Source: a phage. From it: a DNA stretch of 64,000 bases. The notes under the pieces were generated by a model. The model had not been told where the DNA came from, searched no databases, and was given only the letters and a program-made list of their open reading frames with translations. A program made the position numbers and the translations under genes. Positions 1 to 8,876 of the stretch are shown piece after piece (position 1 is the stretch's first letter; every line of letters starts with the position of its first letter). The stretch lies in the sequence record PX880099.1; one strand, written 5' to 3'.

Positions 1-1
1 G

Positions 2-250
2 ATCGCCCAGGATGTAACAGCCTTTATTAATGCTAATCTTGCCGCTATCTCTGAGGCAATGAGCGACGGCGCAACAGCCAACCAGATCGGGAATGATTTA
101 CATTTTACCCGTAACGGTCACGGCGTAGGATTTTGGGATCGCCCTGAAATATACACCACTAACACGGCGAACCGCCTAACAAATGCAGCTAAGTTTATGC
201 CGAACGTGTCGGCTTACATTGGTGAAGATAATTTGATTTATATTGAATAA
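2..250 (+). CDS. hypothetical protein, 3' fragment (gene starts left of window)
   Basis: Frame open from window edge (codons 2-58, no stop) through ORF 59..250. Confidence 0.4.
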   Translation: MAQDVTAFINANLAAISEAMSDGATANQIGNDLHFTRNGHGVGFWDRPEIYTTNTANRLTNAAKFMPNVSAYIGEDNLIYIE

Positions 251-256
251 AAAGTA

Positions 257-284
257 TTGACACAGATCGCCAGTGTGCTAATAT
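257..284 (+). promoter_or_regulatory. sigma70-like promoter (TTGACA-16-TAATAT) followed by conserved leader CACGTAGGGCGG and hairpin 295-313
   Basis: TTGACA 257-262, TAATAT 279-284; leader hairpin GGGCGGCAATGGTGCCGCC. Confidence 0.6.
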
Positions 285-331
285 TTACCACGTAGGGCGG
301 CAATGGTGCCGCCGATAATGAGGAAAATAAA

Positions 332-631
332 ATGGAAACTATCGCTATTGTTACCGTAGAAAAACTGGTTGTTGGTGATGTGTTCGCGTTAATGGTGCCT
401 AACAGCAGCAAACTGGGCGCTTATGAAGTGATGGACCATAAAAATGAATCATTTGGCGACGGTTGCACAATGGCGGTAAAATCCTTAAAGGATGGAATCA
501 TCCGCCAGGCTAACTGGCACAAAGGGAATCAAGTCGGTTTAATATCAGCTAATTTCTTGCCAGAAGAGCAAACGTTAGACCAACTATCAGGCGGTAAGAC
601 GTTAGCCGAACTACTGGAAACAGCGATCTAA
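332..631 (+). CDS. hypothetical protein (99 aa)
   Basis: ORF with SD GAGGAAAATAAAATG downstream of promoter 257-284. Confidence 0.55.
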   Translation: METIAIVTVEKLVVGDVFALMVPNSSKLGAYEVMDHKNESFGDGCTMAVKSLKDGIIRQANWHKGNQVGLISANFLPEEQTLDQLSGGKTLAELLETAI

Positions 632-639
632 TCAACAAA

Positions 640-655
640 GGGGCGGCAACGCCCC
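640..655 (+). other. GC-rich stem-loop GGGGCGGCAACGCCCC (intergenic; no U-tract)
   Basis: Perfect 6-bp stem with GCAA loop between ORFs; near-identical copy at 922-937. Confidence 0.5.
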
Positions 656-675
656 ACATCAGAAAGGAAAAGATT

Positions 676-912
676 ATGAGTATTGCAACAGTATTAAACG
701 CCGTTAAAACCGCTGAATCATCCGGCTTGCATGTTGAGCTTATAGATCAACCAGGTGGCGATCTCCTTGTCCAGGTTTACCCGCCGAAAGTAGGGGATGA
801 TTATTATTGGGCTTATTCTGATACGTTCGAACAAGTAGACACGAAAGCGATCACGGCTTTTATTTTAAAAGCTATTGAAGAAAATAACTTTCATCATAAC
901 ATCAATCAATAA
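676..912 (+). CDS. hypothetical protein (78 aa)
   Basis: ORF with SD AGGAAAAGATTATG. Confidence 0.5.
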   Translation: MSIATVLNAVKTAESSGLHVELIDQPGGDLLVQVYPPKVGDDYYWAYSDTFEQVDTKAITAFILKAIEENNFHHNINQ

Positions 913-921
913 ACCATAAGC

Positions 922-937
922 GGGGCGGTAACGCCCC
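922..937 (+). other. GC-rich stem-loop GGGGCGGTAACGCCCC
   Basis: Second copy of hairpin family seen at 640-655. Confidence 0.5.
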
Positions 938-966
938 ATTAAACGCAATAGGAAGAGGATAGACGC

Positions 967-1257
967 ATGAAAAACATGATCGCAGTAGTTGCCCTAGTTG
1001 TTGGTATTAACGCGCCTGTACTGGCTAATGAGTTGTCAGAATCCATCACGCTAACCGATATCAACGCAATAAACCGGATCGGCGTTAATTATCGCCTATG
1101 CCTTGCCGCTAAAACTTTCCAGGACGGCACGACAGAATACCACGGATTCGAGGGTATCCGCTGCGGTGAGCTTGCACGCGACCTTAAAGAAGATCCAGAC
1201 CTTGAGGCCATACCGATGACCGTAAACGGTAAAGCTTACGTAAACCGCCAACAATGA
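967..1257 (+). CDS. hypothetical secreted protein (N-terminal signal-peptide-like segment)
   Basis: N-terminus MKNMIAVVALVVGINAPVLA is hydrophobic and signal-like. Confidence 0.5.
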   Translation: MKNMIAVVALVVGINAPVLANELSESITLTDINAINRIGVNYRLCLAAKTFQDGTTEYHGFEGIRCGELARDLKEDPDLEAIPMTVNGKAYVNRQQ

Positions 1258-1388
1258 GAAAGGTAATCATCACAATGGGGATCGTAGTAGCAACGCTGGC
1301 GCTTATCCCCTTCATGGTTGAACATGTGCTGATCAGTGTTGTCCTTGTAGTCAGTGACCTATTGGAAACGGTTGGCACCTGGTTTTAA
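1254..1388 (+). CDS. small hydrophobic membrane peptide (44 aa)
   Basis: ATGA overlap with upstream stop; translation MRKVIITMGIVVATLALIPFMVEHVLISVVLVVSD...; below ORF-track size cutoff. Confidence 0.35.
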   Translation: MRKVIITMGIVVATLALIPFMVEHVLISVVLVVSDLLETVGTWF

Positions 1389-1562
1389 GATAATAAATAG
1401 GGCTTGCAATAGTCCTATTTTTTGTTATACTTATTGAACGGGCGGCACCTGGGAGCAGGTGAAGATAATCACCGGAAGATCCCGCTATATATCGATAGCT
1501 AATACCTATCAAACAACAAAACATCAAAGAGATAAACTATCAAATCTTTACAATCCTACCTA

Positions 1563-1591
1563 TTGACACCGGATCACGCTTACATTATTAT
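1563..1591 (+). promoter_or_regulatory. sigma70-like promoter with CACGTAGGGCGG leader and hairpin
   Basis: TTGACA 1563-1568, TATTAT-like -10, then TCACGTAGGGCGGGAATGTTTCCCGCC. Confidence 0.6.
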
Positions 1592-1639
1592 TTATCACGT
1601 AGGGCGGGAATGTTTCCCGCCTGATTTAGGAGTCATATC

Positions 1640-1873
1640 ATGATCGAACAAATTAAAAGCACTAAACCAAATGTTAACGGTAATGTTTCTCACTTTATCG
1701 GGGATAATGAAAGAGGTACACCGTACGCCGCCGTAACCGTTCAACCGAACGGGGATTATTGGTTTACCGTGTACGGATCTTACTCTTTTGGACGTTCGGC
1801 ACATGATAAGATCTTGCAAGTGGTTAAGCCTACTGGGAAGAATATCACAGCAGAAAAATTTTATAAAAAATAG
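1640..1873 (+). CDS. hypothetical protein (77 aa)
   Basis: ORF with SD AGGAGTCATATCATG after promoter 1563. Confidence 0.55.
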   Translation: MIEQIKSTKPNVNGNVSHFIGDNERGTPYAAVTVQPNGDYWFTVYGSYSFGRSAHDKILQVVKPTGKNITAEKFYKK

Positions 1874-1874
1874 C

Positions 1875-1903
1875 TTGCTTTATATACCCTGTTAACTTAT
1901 AGT
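1875..1903 (+). promoter_or_regulatory. sigma70-like promoter (TTGCTT-17-TATAGT) with GCGTAGGGCG leader
   Basis: -35 1875-1880, -10 1898-1903, leader TATTGCGTAGGGCGAGC. Confidence 0.5.
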
Positions 1904-1951
1904 TATTGCGTAGGGCGAGCAATACAGCAAGCCCACAAAGAGGAAAATAAA

Positions 1952-2320
1952 ATGAGCAAATCAGCAATTAAAGCACTTGAAAAAGCACAAGAAGTGATCG
2001 CAACGTCAACCACTGGCGCAAAGGTTAATCTCGTTTGTTATCTGACAGATGAAACTATCCGTAAAAATTGGCGTAATGCTGATTTACTGGCTTGCTTATT
2101 GATTAATAGTGTCGCTAATGCTTTCCAGTGTGAAACAGCCGAGAGCCTGGAGGAAAACTTGTTTGATAATATGGATCAAGCCATTGAAACCTATATACAA
2201 TCAAACCTGGATAGCTGGAACAGTAAAACATGGCCCGACAATTTACGCGATACAACTGATCAACTGATCCGCCTTGCCCTGATGGTTGAACGCGATAACG
2301 TTTACAACAGCACAAAGTAA
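1952..2320 (+). CDS. hypothetical protein (122 aa)
   Basis: ORF with SD GAGGAAAATAAAATG. Confidence 0.55.
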   Translation: MSKSAIKALEKAQEVIATSTTGAKVNLVCYLTDETIRKNWRNADLLACLLINSVANAFQCETAESLEENLFDNMDQAIETYIQSNLDSWNSKTWPDNLRDTTDQLIRLALMVERDNVYNSTK

Positions 2321-2330
2321 GATTATACAA

Positions 2331-2356
2331 GGGCGCACTAAGCGCCCTTTAACGTA
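2331..2356 (+). terminator. intrinsic terminator-like hairpin GGGCGCACTAAGCGCCC + TTT
   Basis: 7-bp GC stem followed by short T run; sister copy at 2895. Confidence 0.5.
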
Positions 2357-2385
2357 AAGAAATGTAAATAATGCGCTATCCCCTA

Positions 2386-2414
2386 TTGACAGGGGATCGG
2401 CGTTATATTATATT
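2386..2414 (+). promoter_or_regulatory. sigma70-like promoter (TTGACA-17-TATATT)
   Basis: TTGACA 2386-2391; TATATT 2409-2414. Confidence 0.5.
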
Positions 2415-2459
2415 TAACTTACTGGCAGCAAACAACGAAACGAAACAAAGGACAACATC

Positions 2460-2879
2460 ATGAACATTAAATCAAATAATCCAGCTTACTCCTTCGATAA
2501 CGCTTTTTGTCACGGTAGCGCCGCCAAAGGCTTCGAAATCGATGGTAAATTGGTTATCGTGAACGTTGACGGGGAAGAGGTTGCAGTGTATCCGGTAAAC
2601 GATGTTAAAAGCCGTTTACAATGCCGCATGGATGTTACCGCATATCAGCTTGATCCGGTCCGTGTAGTTGCCTTGGTGTTAGAGGAAGAGATCAAAGCAA
2701 TGCATCACAGTAATAAGTTTATTGGTGACGCGCAGGATAATATGAACGTTTGCCGCCATAAAGTTAATGAAGCATTGAAAGAATGCGGTTTTAAGGATCT
2801 GATGATTAAACGTGATGAAAAATTCCGCTTTCGTAATGACCTGGCAAACCGGATCTACTCAATCTATGAAGCGTTATAA
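2460..2879 (+). CDS. hypothetical protein (139 aa)
   Basis: ORF with SD AAAGGACAACATCATG. Confidence 0.55.
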   Translation: MNIKSNNPAYSFDNAFCHGSAAKGFEIDGKLVIVNVDGEEVAVYPVNDVKSRLQCRMDVTAYQLDPVRVVALVLEEEIKAMHHSNKFIGDAQDNMNVCRHKVNEALKECGFKDLMIKRDEKFRFRNDLANRIYSIYEAL

Positions 2880-2894
2880 TTGACAACAAAACAA

Positions 2895-2920
2895 GGGCGC
2901 ACCAAGCGCCCTTTCTTTTT
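2895..2920 (+). terminator. rho-independent terminator GGGCGCACCAAGCGCCC + TTTCTTTTT
   Basis: GC stem followed by T-rich tract; closes the left gene block. Confidence 0.65.
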
Positions 2921-3505
2921 GCCCGAACAATATTGATAGCTTTCGCCTATGAAAAACCGACACAGAACAAAACTGAATAAATCGCGGTATCGAGCTAATC
3001 AACCAGCAAACGAATAACCATACCTCCCAGGGTTACAGGCTGTTAGAGAGCCATTTAGAGCGGTTAAAATCGATCAACAACCAACAACAAACCATCAAAA
3101 ACACCCTTTTACCTCCTTTCTAGTGCAATGATAACCATTATCATCTACCCATGATTATCTATGCAATATAAGCGCATAATTATAATGTTGATAATAGTTC
3201 GCAACAACTAACCAACAAACAACATAAAACAATAAGCAAACTAATCATAATCAAAGGAATAATAGCAAGATGATTGATAACGACAAACAATCAAACCATG
3301 ATGAATACTAAGCAAGATAACGATAACACGACAAAACAACCAACTAACGAACAATAACAAACGAAACCATTAAAATAATAACTATTAGCAAAATAGTGCA
3401 TGAATGAAATCATTACAAAACGAATCATTCATAGAGTCATCATTAGCACGCTATGCCGGACACATAGCGAGCTAATAATAAGCCAACTACACCCCAACAA
3501 TCATA

Positions 3506-3568
3506 ACCATCGGTGATGGTTATTTCTTGTTACTGCGTAGCTTGCAATAATTGCAAGCGTAATGACGC
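3506..3568. repeat. cluster of short inverted repeats inside the ORF-free region
   Basis: ACCATC-GGT-GATGGT (3507-3521); GCTTGCAA-TAA-TTGCAAGC (3540-3558); GCGT-AATG-ACGC (3557-3568). Confidence 0.6.
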
Positions 3569-4200
3569 TTACACTTATTGCGCTGGCTTATTATTAGCAT
3601 TATATGTAATTACCAAGATCATAACATTAGCGCAATAACAATAATCATTGTGGTAATTACGTAAGGAAACAATTAGCATGGCAATAATTATGGGGGCAAT
3701 GGGAGGATGATTATCATCATTCCGATACATTGCACACTATGCACATAATAGAATAAAAAGCAATAATTTTGGGGGCGAAATGTTACCGCCACAGGCGGGA
3801 ATGTTGAGCAAGTTCTCTTAAACGTAAATAAAATCAGAATAATCTTGATTTATTTTAGTTTTTATGTTAATAAACGTTTAAATAATAATCATTCTCATAT
3901 AAATAATAGTCTGCTTGTCATGAGCGGGATTAGTTGACAATGTTCCGTCATATGATGAGGTTGCCAAGCCATTGATAAATAAGTGTTTGTGTGATTTATA
4001 ATCAGGTGGCCCACCTTGTCGCTATGTTGGCATGAGCCTTGCATAAGTCATTGAATACGAATGATAATTATTCTCATTCGCATGATATTTGGGAATTGTC
4101 GCTGCGTGGACCTGACGGCCCGAAAATTCGCGTTAAGCACTTCTTACGTATGCACCATGATTTTTGCCATATCATATTGATTCTATTAGATATTCTTGCC

Positions 4201-4392
4201 ATGATTGCCATGAAACAGGGTGTCCCGAAATAATCTCTCCCCGTAGATATTTTGGGTTACTTTTTATACAAGAGTGGGGTGTCAAAAATAATCGGTATAT
4301 ATGGGATAATTGATAGGAATCCCCTATGATAATTCGATTGTAATTCCCTAAGATTGATCGTATGATGTTGGTGATTAATGATTGCCATGAAA
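4201..4392. repeat. direct repeats upstream of first early gene
   Basis: ATGATTGCCATGAAA at 4201 and 4378; GGGTGTC(CCG/AAA)AAATAATC at 4218 and 4277. Confidence 0.6.
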
Positions 4393-4419
4393 GATGGCTA
4401 ACGATGAGAGGAGATTATC

Positions 4420-4794
4420 ATGCAAGAGAGTAAAAATGTTCCGTTGAGCAGTGCAACATTGCTTCGCTTCTATAAAGCATGGATTGCCAACTATCCTGCA
4501 ATGAATCGCACAACGAGTGGCTTATGTGGTTGTCTGGTAGATTATGTAGATGATTTTGTTGGTGAGACAACTAGAGAAGAAGATAGAAGATGGCGTGATC
4601 ATTTGTTGGACCGTTTGAAATATGAAATGAGGAAACAATTTACATGTGCAGGGTTGGACTACAATCTTCCGTTCAATGCAGATTGCATGGATTACCTTTC
4701 AGAGTGTATAAACTTGGCGTGTCATACCAACACGTTACGTCTTCAATGGGTGAAAGACAGAATTGAAGATGCAAATAATGCTTGCATTGAATAA
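4420..4794 (+). CDS. hypothetical protein, paralog family A (member 1 of 5)
   Basis: SD GAGAGGAGATTATCATG; shares FYKAW..GLCGCL..LPF..WVKDR motifs with 9603, 12928, 16225, 17530. Confidence 0.6.
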   Translation: MQESKNVPLSSATLLRFYKAWIANYPAMNRTTSGLCGCLVDYVDDFVGETTREEDRRWRDHLLDRLKYEMRKQFTCAGLDYNLPFNADCMDYLSECINLACHTNTLRLQWVKDRIEDANNACIE

Positions 4795-4843
4795 AGATGT
4801 TTGTATAATGGATGACATAACAGATAGCCAATGAGGAGATGAA

Positions 4844-5053
4844 ATGAAGAATTTGAAAACTGTCACAATGTTCTTGACTAATCCTACACGTGTGCAAGCA
4901 CTGGCTAAAGCCAGCCGTGTAGCTGTAGAATTCCAAAACTTTAAGCCGTCCGTTGTGACAGGCAGTGAAACGTGTGTTATCGATTTCATTAACGAATACT
5001 TCCGAGGGAATCCGGTTGGTCGTTACTTTATTAAGGGTCTGAAGGATGCATAG
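4844..5053 (+). CDS. hypothetical protein (69 aa)
   Basis: ORF with SD GAGGAGATGAAATG. Confidence 0.5.
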   Translation: MKNLKTVTMFLTNPTRVQALAKASRVAVEFQNFKPSVVTGSETCVIDFINEYFRGNPVGRYFIKGLKDA

Positions 5054-5054
5054 C

Positions 5055-5276
5055 ATGAAACGCATGAAAATTCGTATTGAGAATGATGGTGGTTATAAAG
5101 GACTTACCCGTGCAAAATTCCCACTTGTGTTGGAAGCTACGGTGGAATACAGTGGGCTTGCTCATGTGCGATTCTCGAAGATGATGGAAGTGCAGGAATG
5201 GTTTTGGGACGAGATAGATGCACGAGAAGGGGAAGATTATGTTTTCTTTCCTCACGAATATGAAATTGTTTATTAA
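5055..5276 (+). CDS. hypothetical protein (73 aa)
   Basis: ATG 5055 immediately after upstream stop, SD AAGGA 9 nt upstream; track ORF starts 5046. Confidence 0.45.
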   Translation: MKRMKIRIENDGGYKGLTRAKFPLVLEATVEYSGLAHVRFSKMMEVQEWFWDEIDAREGEDYVFFPHEYEIVY

Positions 5277-5288
5277 AGGTTGTATGCA

Positions 5289-5528
5289 ATGATCACACCA
5301 CAACAAAATGAAGCAGCAATGGATCTTCTTGATAGTTTGTATTTCGATAATTGGTACTCTGAATGTGAATGGATGAATATGCAAACTCTGAAAGAGAAGA
5401 CAAAAGCGTTGATTACAGTAGATCAATTTCTTGCAGAGACGGAAAGAATGAATTATGATATGGCATCTCGCGCACGACGCGTTTCCATTTTCAATAAAAT
5501 GTTAGCATTATGGGGAGGTAGAAAATGA
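5289..5528 (+). CDS. hypothetical protein (79 aa)
   Basis: Track ORF begins at TTG 5280; first ATG at 5289 with SD AAAGG. Confidence 0.45.
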   Translation: MITPQQNEAAMDLLDSLYFDNWYSECEWMNMQTLKEKTKALITVDQFLAETERMNYDMASRARRVSIFNKMLALWGGRK

Positions 5529-5986
5529 GACAATTCACTATACTGGCAGCTTATGTGCAATGTGTTCACGATTATGTTAGTGCTCATACAGGTTTGCTGG
5601 AAGTTACCAGTAAAATTGAAGGTAATATGGGTACTGTCTGTGTGCAACATACTTTATCCAATGTGCCGTTTAAAGTGTTCACTGTTGTAGCTGCCGATTA
5701 CAATCGTGTAGATGTGCGTTTCTTGGATCATAATTTTCGTAACGCACTAGATAATATCGAAGATTATCTTCCCGTGAAACCTTTGTCATTTCCACCAAGT
5801 CGTGCAAATAATGTAGTGACAAATCTTAATGAAAGAAATGTGGCTATGCACAAAAAAGTCCGTCAACTGAAAATGCTGATGGAAATGCAAGAAGAGATTG
5901 AAAAAGAACTGAAAGAAGATTTTGGTATGCTTCCAAAAGACGCTTTGAAATGGTATGATGAACTAGGAGGAGAAAGTTATGAATAA
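5525..5986 (+). CDS. hypothetical protein (153 aa)
   Basis: SD GGGGAGGTAGAAAATG; ATGA overlap with upstream gene. Confidence 0.55.
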   Translation: MRQFTILAAYVQCVHDYVSAHTGLLEVTSKIEGNMGTVCVQHTLSNVPFKVFTVVAADYNRVDVRFLDHNFRNALDNIEDYLPVKPLSFPPSRANNVVTNLNERNVAMHKKVRQLKMLMEMQEEIEKELKEDFGMLPKDALKWYDELGGESYE

Positions 5987-6173
5987 AGGAACTACTGTAT
6001 ATTTAGTGACTAAGAACACCCCAGGTTGGAATCAGTGCACAACGACTCCATATAAGATTTGTGCAACACTGGAACTAGCACAACGTGCAGAAGCGGAAGT
6101 TGATGCTATGCGATACAGCTACGGGGAGATCATTCCTTTCACTCTGGAACAAGAAGGAGCACATAGTGTTTAA
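5979..6173 (+). CDS. hypothetical protein (64 aa)
   Basis: SD AGGAGGAGAAAGTTATG. Confidence 0.5.
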   Translation: MNKGTTVYLVTKNTPGWNQCTTTPYKICATLELAQRAEAEVDAMRYSYGEIIPFTLEQEGAHSV

Positions 6174-6621
6174 GGTAGGGTTTACTTATAAATTCAAAAG
6201 CGTTGCTGACCAAGGAGATATGGCAACACATGACAAAGCAAATATTGCTGTTTGCCAAGCGATTGGAAACGAAGTTTTCAAAGTTATGAATACAGATGAT
6301 AAGTATGGTCATGTTCTTGAGTTTTATATCAATGGTACCCTCTATACAGCAGGTGTTACCCCAGGGTTTAATTCGTATACTTATTTGATTGATAACGAAG
6401 AATTTAAATATTTTGAAGAAGTAAAGGAGGAAACAATGGGTAAAGCAGAACCACAATGGCATGTTGTGATCGTAGGATCAGAGTGTGTAGATGTTTGTTC
6501 TAGTTTTGAAAAAGCTTCTGAAGTCGCTACAAAAGCTAAGAAGGACTATCCGTCGAAGACGGTTGAGATTTACGCTCGTGTTGCAGTAGCAAACGCCACA
6601 ATCACTATTGATAAGGAGTAA
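6166..6621 (+). CDS. hypothetical protein, tandem paralog family B (member 1 of 4)
   Basis: GTG start 6166 after SD GAAGGAG; N-terminus VFKVGFTYKFKS matches the MFKVGF.Y.FKS starts of the next three genes. Confidence 0.5.
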   Translation: MFKVGFTYKFKSVADQGDMATHDKANIAVCQAIGNEVFKVMNTDDKYGHVLEFYINGTLYTAGVTPGFNSYTYLIDNEEFKYFEEVKEETMGKAEPQWHVVIVGSECVDVCSSFEKASEVATKAKKDYPSKTVEIYARVAVANATITIDKE

Positions 6622-6626
6622 AGCCA

Positions 6627-7085
6627 ATGTTCAAAGAAGGTCATGTCTACCGTTTCCAGGATGAGGATTATATGCGACTATATTCTACCTTTGATAACAG
6701 TATTGCGGCTATCATTGGAGAGAATTTTTTCGAGGTGTTGAGCACTGATGCAAATGGTAATATCTTGTCAATGGTTGTAATAGGTATGAGAGATGGTATT
6801 ATCACTGCTGGTGATGGGGATCGTTACATAATCAATTCTGCTCATATAGATTATTTTGTTGACGGTGGTGTTCGTGGTGGTCGTGGAAAACCCCAAGAAG
6901 AACCTGTTGATACGACAAAAGAAGAGTGGTATGTTGTAATGACTGATGACACCTGTATTTCTGGATTTGAAAGTTATGAAGAAGCTTTGAAAGAAGCAGC
7001 AGAGCATAAAATGGCTAATCCTACAGAAGAGGTTGAAGTTTATAAACGTCTGGTTGTTGCTACCATCGGCGTATCTTTTGTTTAA
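6627..7085 (+). CDS. hypothetical protein, paralog family B
   Basis: N-terminus MFKEGHVYRFQD; C-terminal module WYVVM..YEEALKEA..VEVYKRLVV shared with family. Confidence 0.55.
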   Translation: MFKEGHVYRFQDEDYMRLYSTFDNSIAAIIGENFFEVLSTDANGNILSMVVIGMRDGIITAGDGDRYIINSAHIDYFVDGGVRGGRGKPQEEPVDTTKEEWYVVMTDDTCISGFESYEEALKEAAEHKMANPTEEVEVYKRLVVATIGVSFV

Positions 7086-7097
7086 AAGGGGAATGTT

Positions 7098-7883
7098 ATG
7101 TTTAAAGTAGGTTTTGTTTATAATTTCAAATCGGAAGATACCAAAAAGAATTTTGGTAAAGCTAGTATTCGTAACGCTTTCTTTGTAGGTTGCATTCAAG
7201 ATAGCAAGTTTAAAGTTTTAGATGTTGATTTTCTAGGTTCTGTGTCAAAGGTGAAGGTATTAGACACAAATAAGATCATCGAAGGTAGTTCTGGGCTTTT
7301 TCCTGAAGGCTATAAGCTTGTAAGTTGTATAGATTATAGTCGTTTTGAAGAACATCCTCCTGAAGATTATGAGGATTCTCCTACAGGAGGTTGTGTCTTT
7401 GTAGAAGGTGGTGTCTATAAGTTTGCAAGTGAACAAGATCGTAAGCTTTTCGCCAATTATATTGACGGCGGACAAACGACAAACAATGTAAACCGAAAAA
7501 TTTCCGATCTTATTGGAGATGATCCTTTCGTGATCACAAAGATGGTTGGACAAGATGTAACAGCAATCCGTAGGCTTGTATGTAATACAAATCATGTAGC
7601 AGGTGAAGGTTGGTTCAAAGAAGCTTGTGCACTGCTAATCAAAAGCGATAACCCTTACTTTAAAAATATTAAAAATGCTGTTGAGCCTAAACAAGAGGAA
7701 CCCGCAGCGAATTTTAAACACTATGCTATTGTTAAAGGTATGAATGTCCAACTGGTGTCACATTCTTACGAAGAGATCGCCACAGAAGCAAAAAAGATGA
7801 AGGAAGAATACCCAATTTCTACTGTTGAGATCTATGAGCGTATTGGTGTTGTTAGTATTGAGCCTACTGCGGTAATAAAATAA
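7098..7883 (+). CDS. hypothetical protein, paralog family B (261 aa)
   Basis: N-terminus MFKVGFVYNFKS; C-terminal ..YEEIATEAKK..VEIYERIGVV. Confidence 0.55.
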   Translation: MFKVGFVYNFKSEDTKKNFGKASIRNAFFVGCIQDSKFKVLDVDFLGSVSKVKVLDTNKIIEGSSGLFPEGYKLVSCIDYSRFEEHPPEDYEDSPTGGCVFVEGGVYKFASEQDRKLFANYIDGGQTTNNVNRKISDLIGDDPFVITKMVGQDVTAIRRLVCNTNHVAGEGWFKEACALLIKSDNPYFKNIKNAVEPKQEEPAANFKHYAIVKGMNVQLVSHSYEEIATEAKKMKEEYPISTVEIYERIGVVSIEPTAVIK

Positions 7884-7892
7884 GGAGCTATT

Positions 7893-8330
7893 ATGTTCAA
7901 AGCTAATGCTGTTTACTGTTTCAAAAGTAAAGCTGCCTGTGAAGCTTTCTCTGTGATCTCGGATGAAAATTTCAAAATGGCAGCTTTGATTGAAGGGTCT
8001 TGTTTCCGCGTCGAAGATGTTAGTGAATCAGGGTCTGTTTGCTCATTGACTTTATTGGACAGCGGGGATATTATTGAAGCTGGACAGTATCCGTTCAGAA
8101 GTTGGGAGATATTGTTAGCTCGCGGAGAGCGTAACTTTTTTATGTGTGTGTCTGCGGGGGAAGTTGTGAAAGAAACTAATGATGTTTCTGTTTACAATTC
8201 TGAATTTATAAGTTATAGTGAGTATCAACATCTGGAAGGCATTGTTGGTCACTTGTTATCTCTGATTGACGTTGAATGTGACCTGCCTGAATCATTGAAA
8301 GAAGAATTGAAAGCATTAGATCTGTTATAA
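7893..8330 (+). CDS. hypothetical protein, paralog family B (N-terminal domain only)
   Basis: N-terminus MFKANAVYCFKS. Confidence 0.55.
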   Translation: MFKANAVYCFKSKAACEAFSVISDENFKMAALIEGSCFRVEDVSESGSVCSLTLLDSGDIIEAGQYPFRSWEILLARGERNFFMCVSAGEVVKETNDVSVYNSEFISYSEYQHLEGIVGHLLSLIDVECDLPESLKEELKALDLL

Positions 8331-8357
8331 TGTTTCGCACAACGAAAGGAGAATAAG

Positions 8358-8657
8358 ATGAATCTGACCGAACAGTTACGCCGTATTGCAAAAGAAACTT
8401 CCTTCAACTTCCCTGTTGAAGAAGTGATCGAGACATGTTTTGCTGAAGCACGAGCGGGAAACTTTTCAAGGAATTTCACGCCCTCTGATTTTGGTCTGGA
8501 TAATTCCCCTACCCACCCAGGGGAGATCTACAATCAGGTGAAGTGGATGGATGAAGCAGTAGCAATTCTTCGTGAGCGTGGGCTTATTGTTTATAAAGAA
8601 ATGGATCTGAATGGGGCATACGAGTGGATCACTATTGACTGGTCGGAGGTGAAATAA
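8358..8657 (+). CDS. hypothetical protein (99 aa)
   Basis: SD AAAGGAGAATAAGATG. Confidence 0.55.
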   Translation: MNLTEQLRRIAKETSFNFPVEEVIETCFAEARAGNFSRNFTPSDFGLDNSPTHPGEIYNQVKWMDEAVAILRERGLIVYKEMDLNGAYEWITIDWSEVK

Positions 8658-8866
8658 TGGTTACTATCACATTGACAGTTACACAAGAGCAAGCAGAAGA
8701 ATTACGTGATGCAGTAGCATATATGGGGCGCTCTTATTATATGCCTCATAAATCACAAGATGTTTTTGCTACAGCCGTTGAGAAAGCTTTAAACAAATAC
8801 CGAGAAACTCATGCCGTTCCTAAAGTATCAGTAGAAGAGTTTGGCACTTGGCACGAAGTTCACTAA
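8657..8866 (+). CDS. hypothetical protein (69 aa)
   Basis: ATGA-coupled to upstream gene. Confidence 0.5.
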   Translation: MVTITLTVTQEQAEELRDAVAYMGRSYYMPHKSQDVFATAVEKALNKYRETHAVPKVSVEEFGTWHEVH

Positions 8867-8876
8867 GGAGGTTTCG

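Noticed and set aside
4039-4233. 64-aa ORF inside the ORF-free repeat region
   Set aside because: No SD, low-complexity composition, embedded in repeats; more likely non-coding
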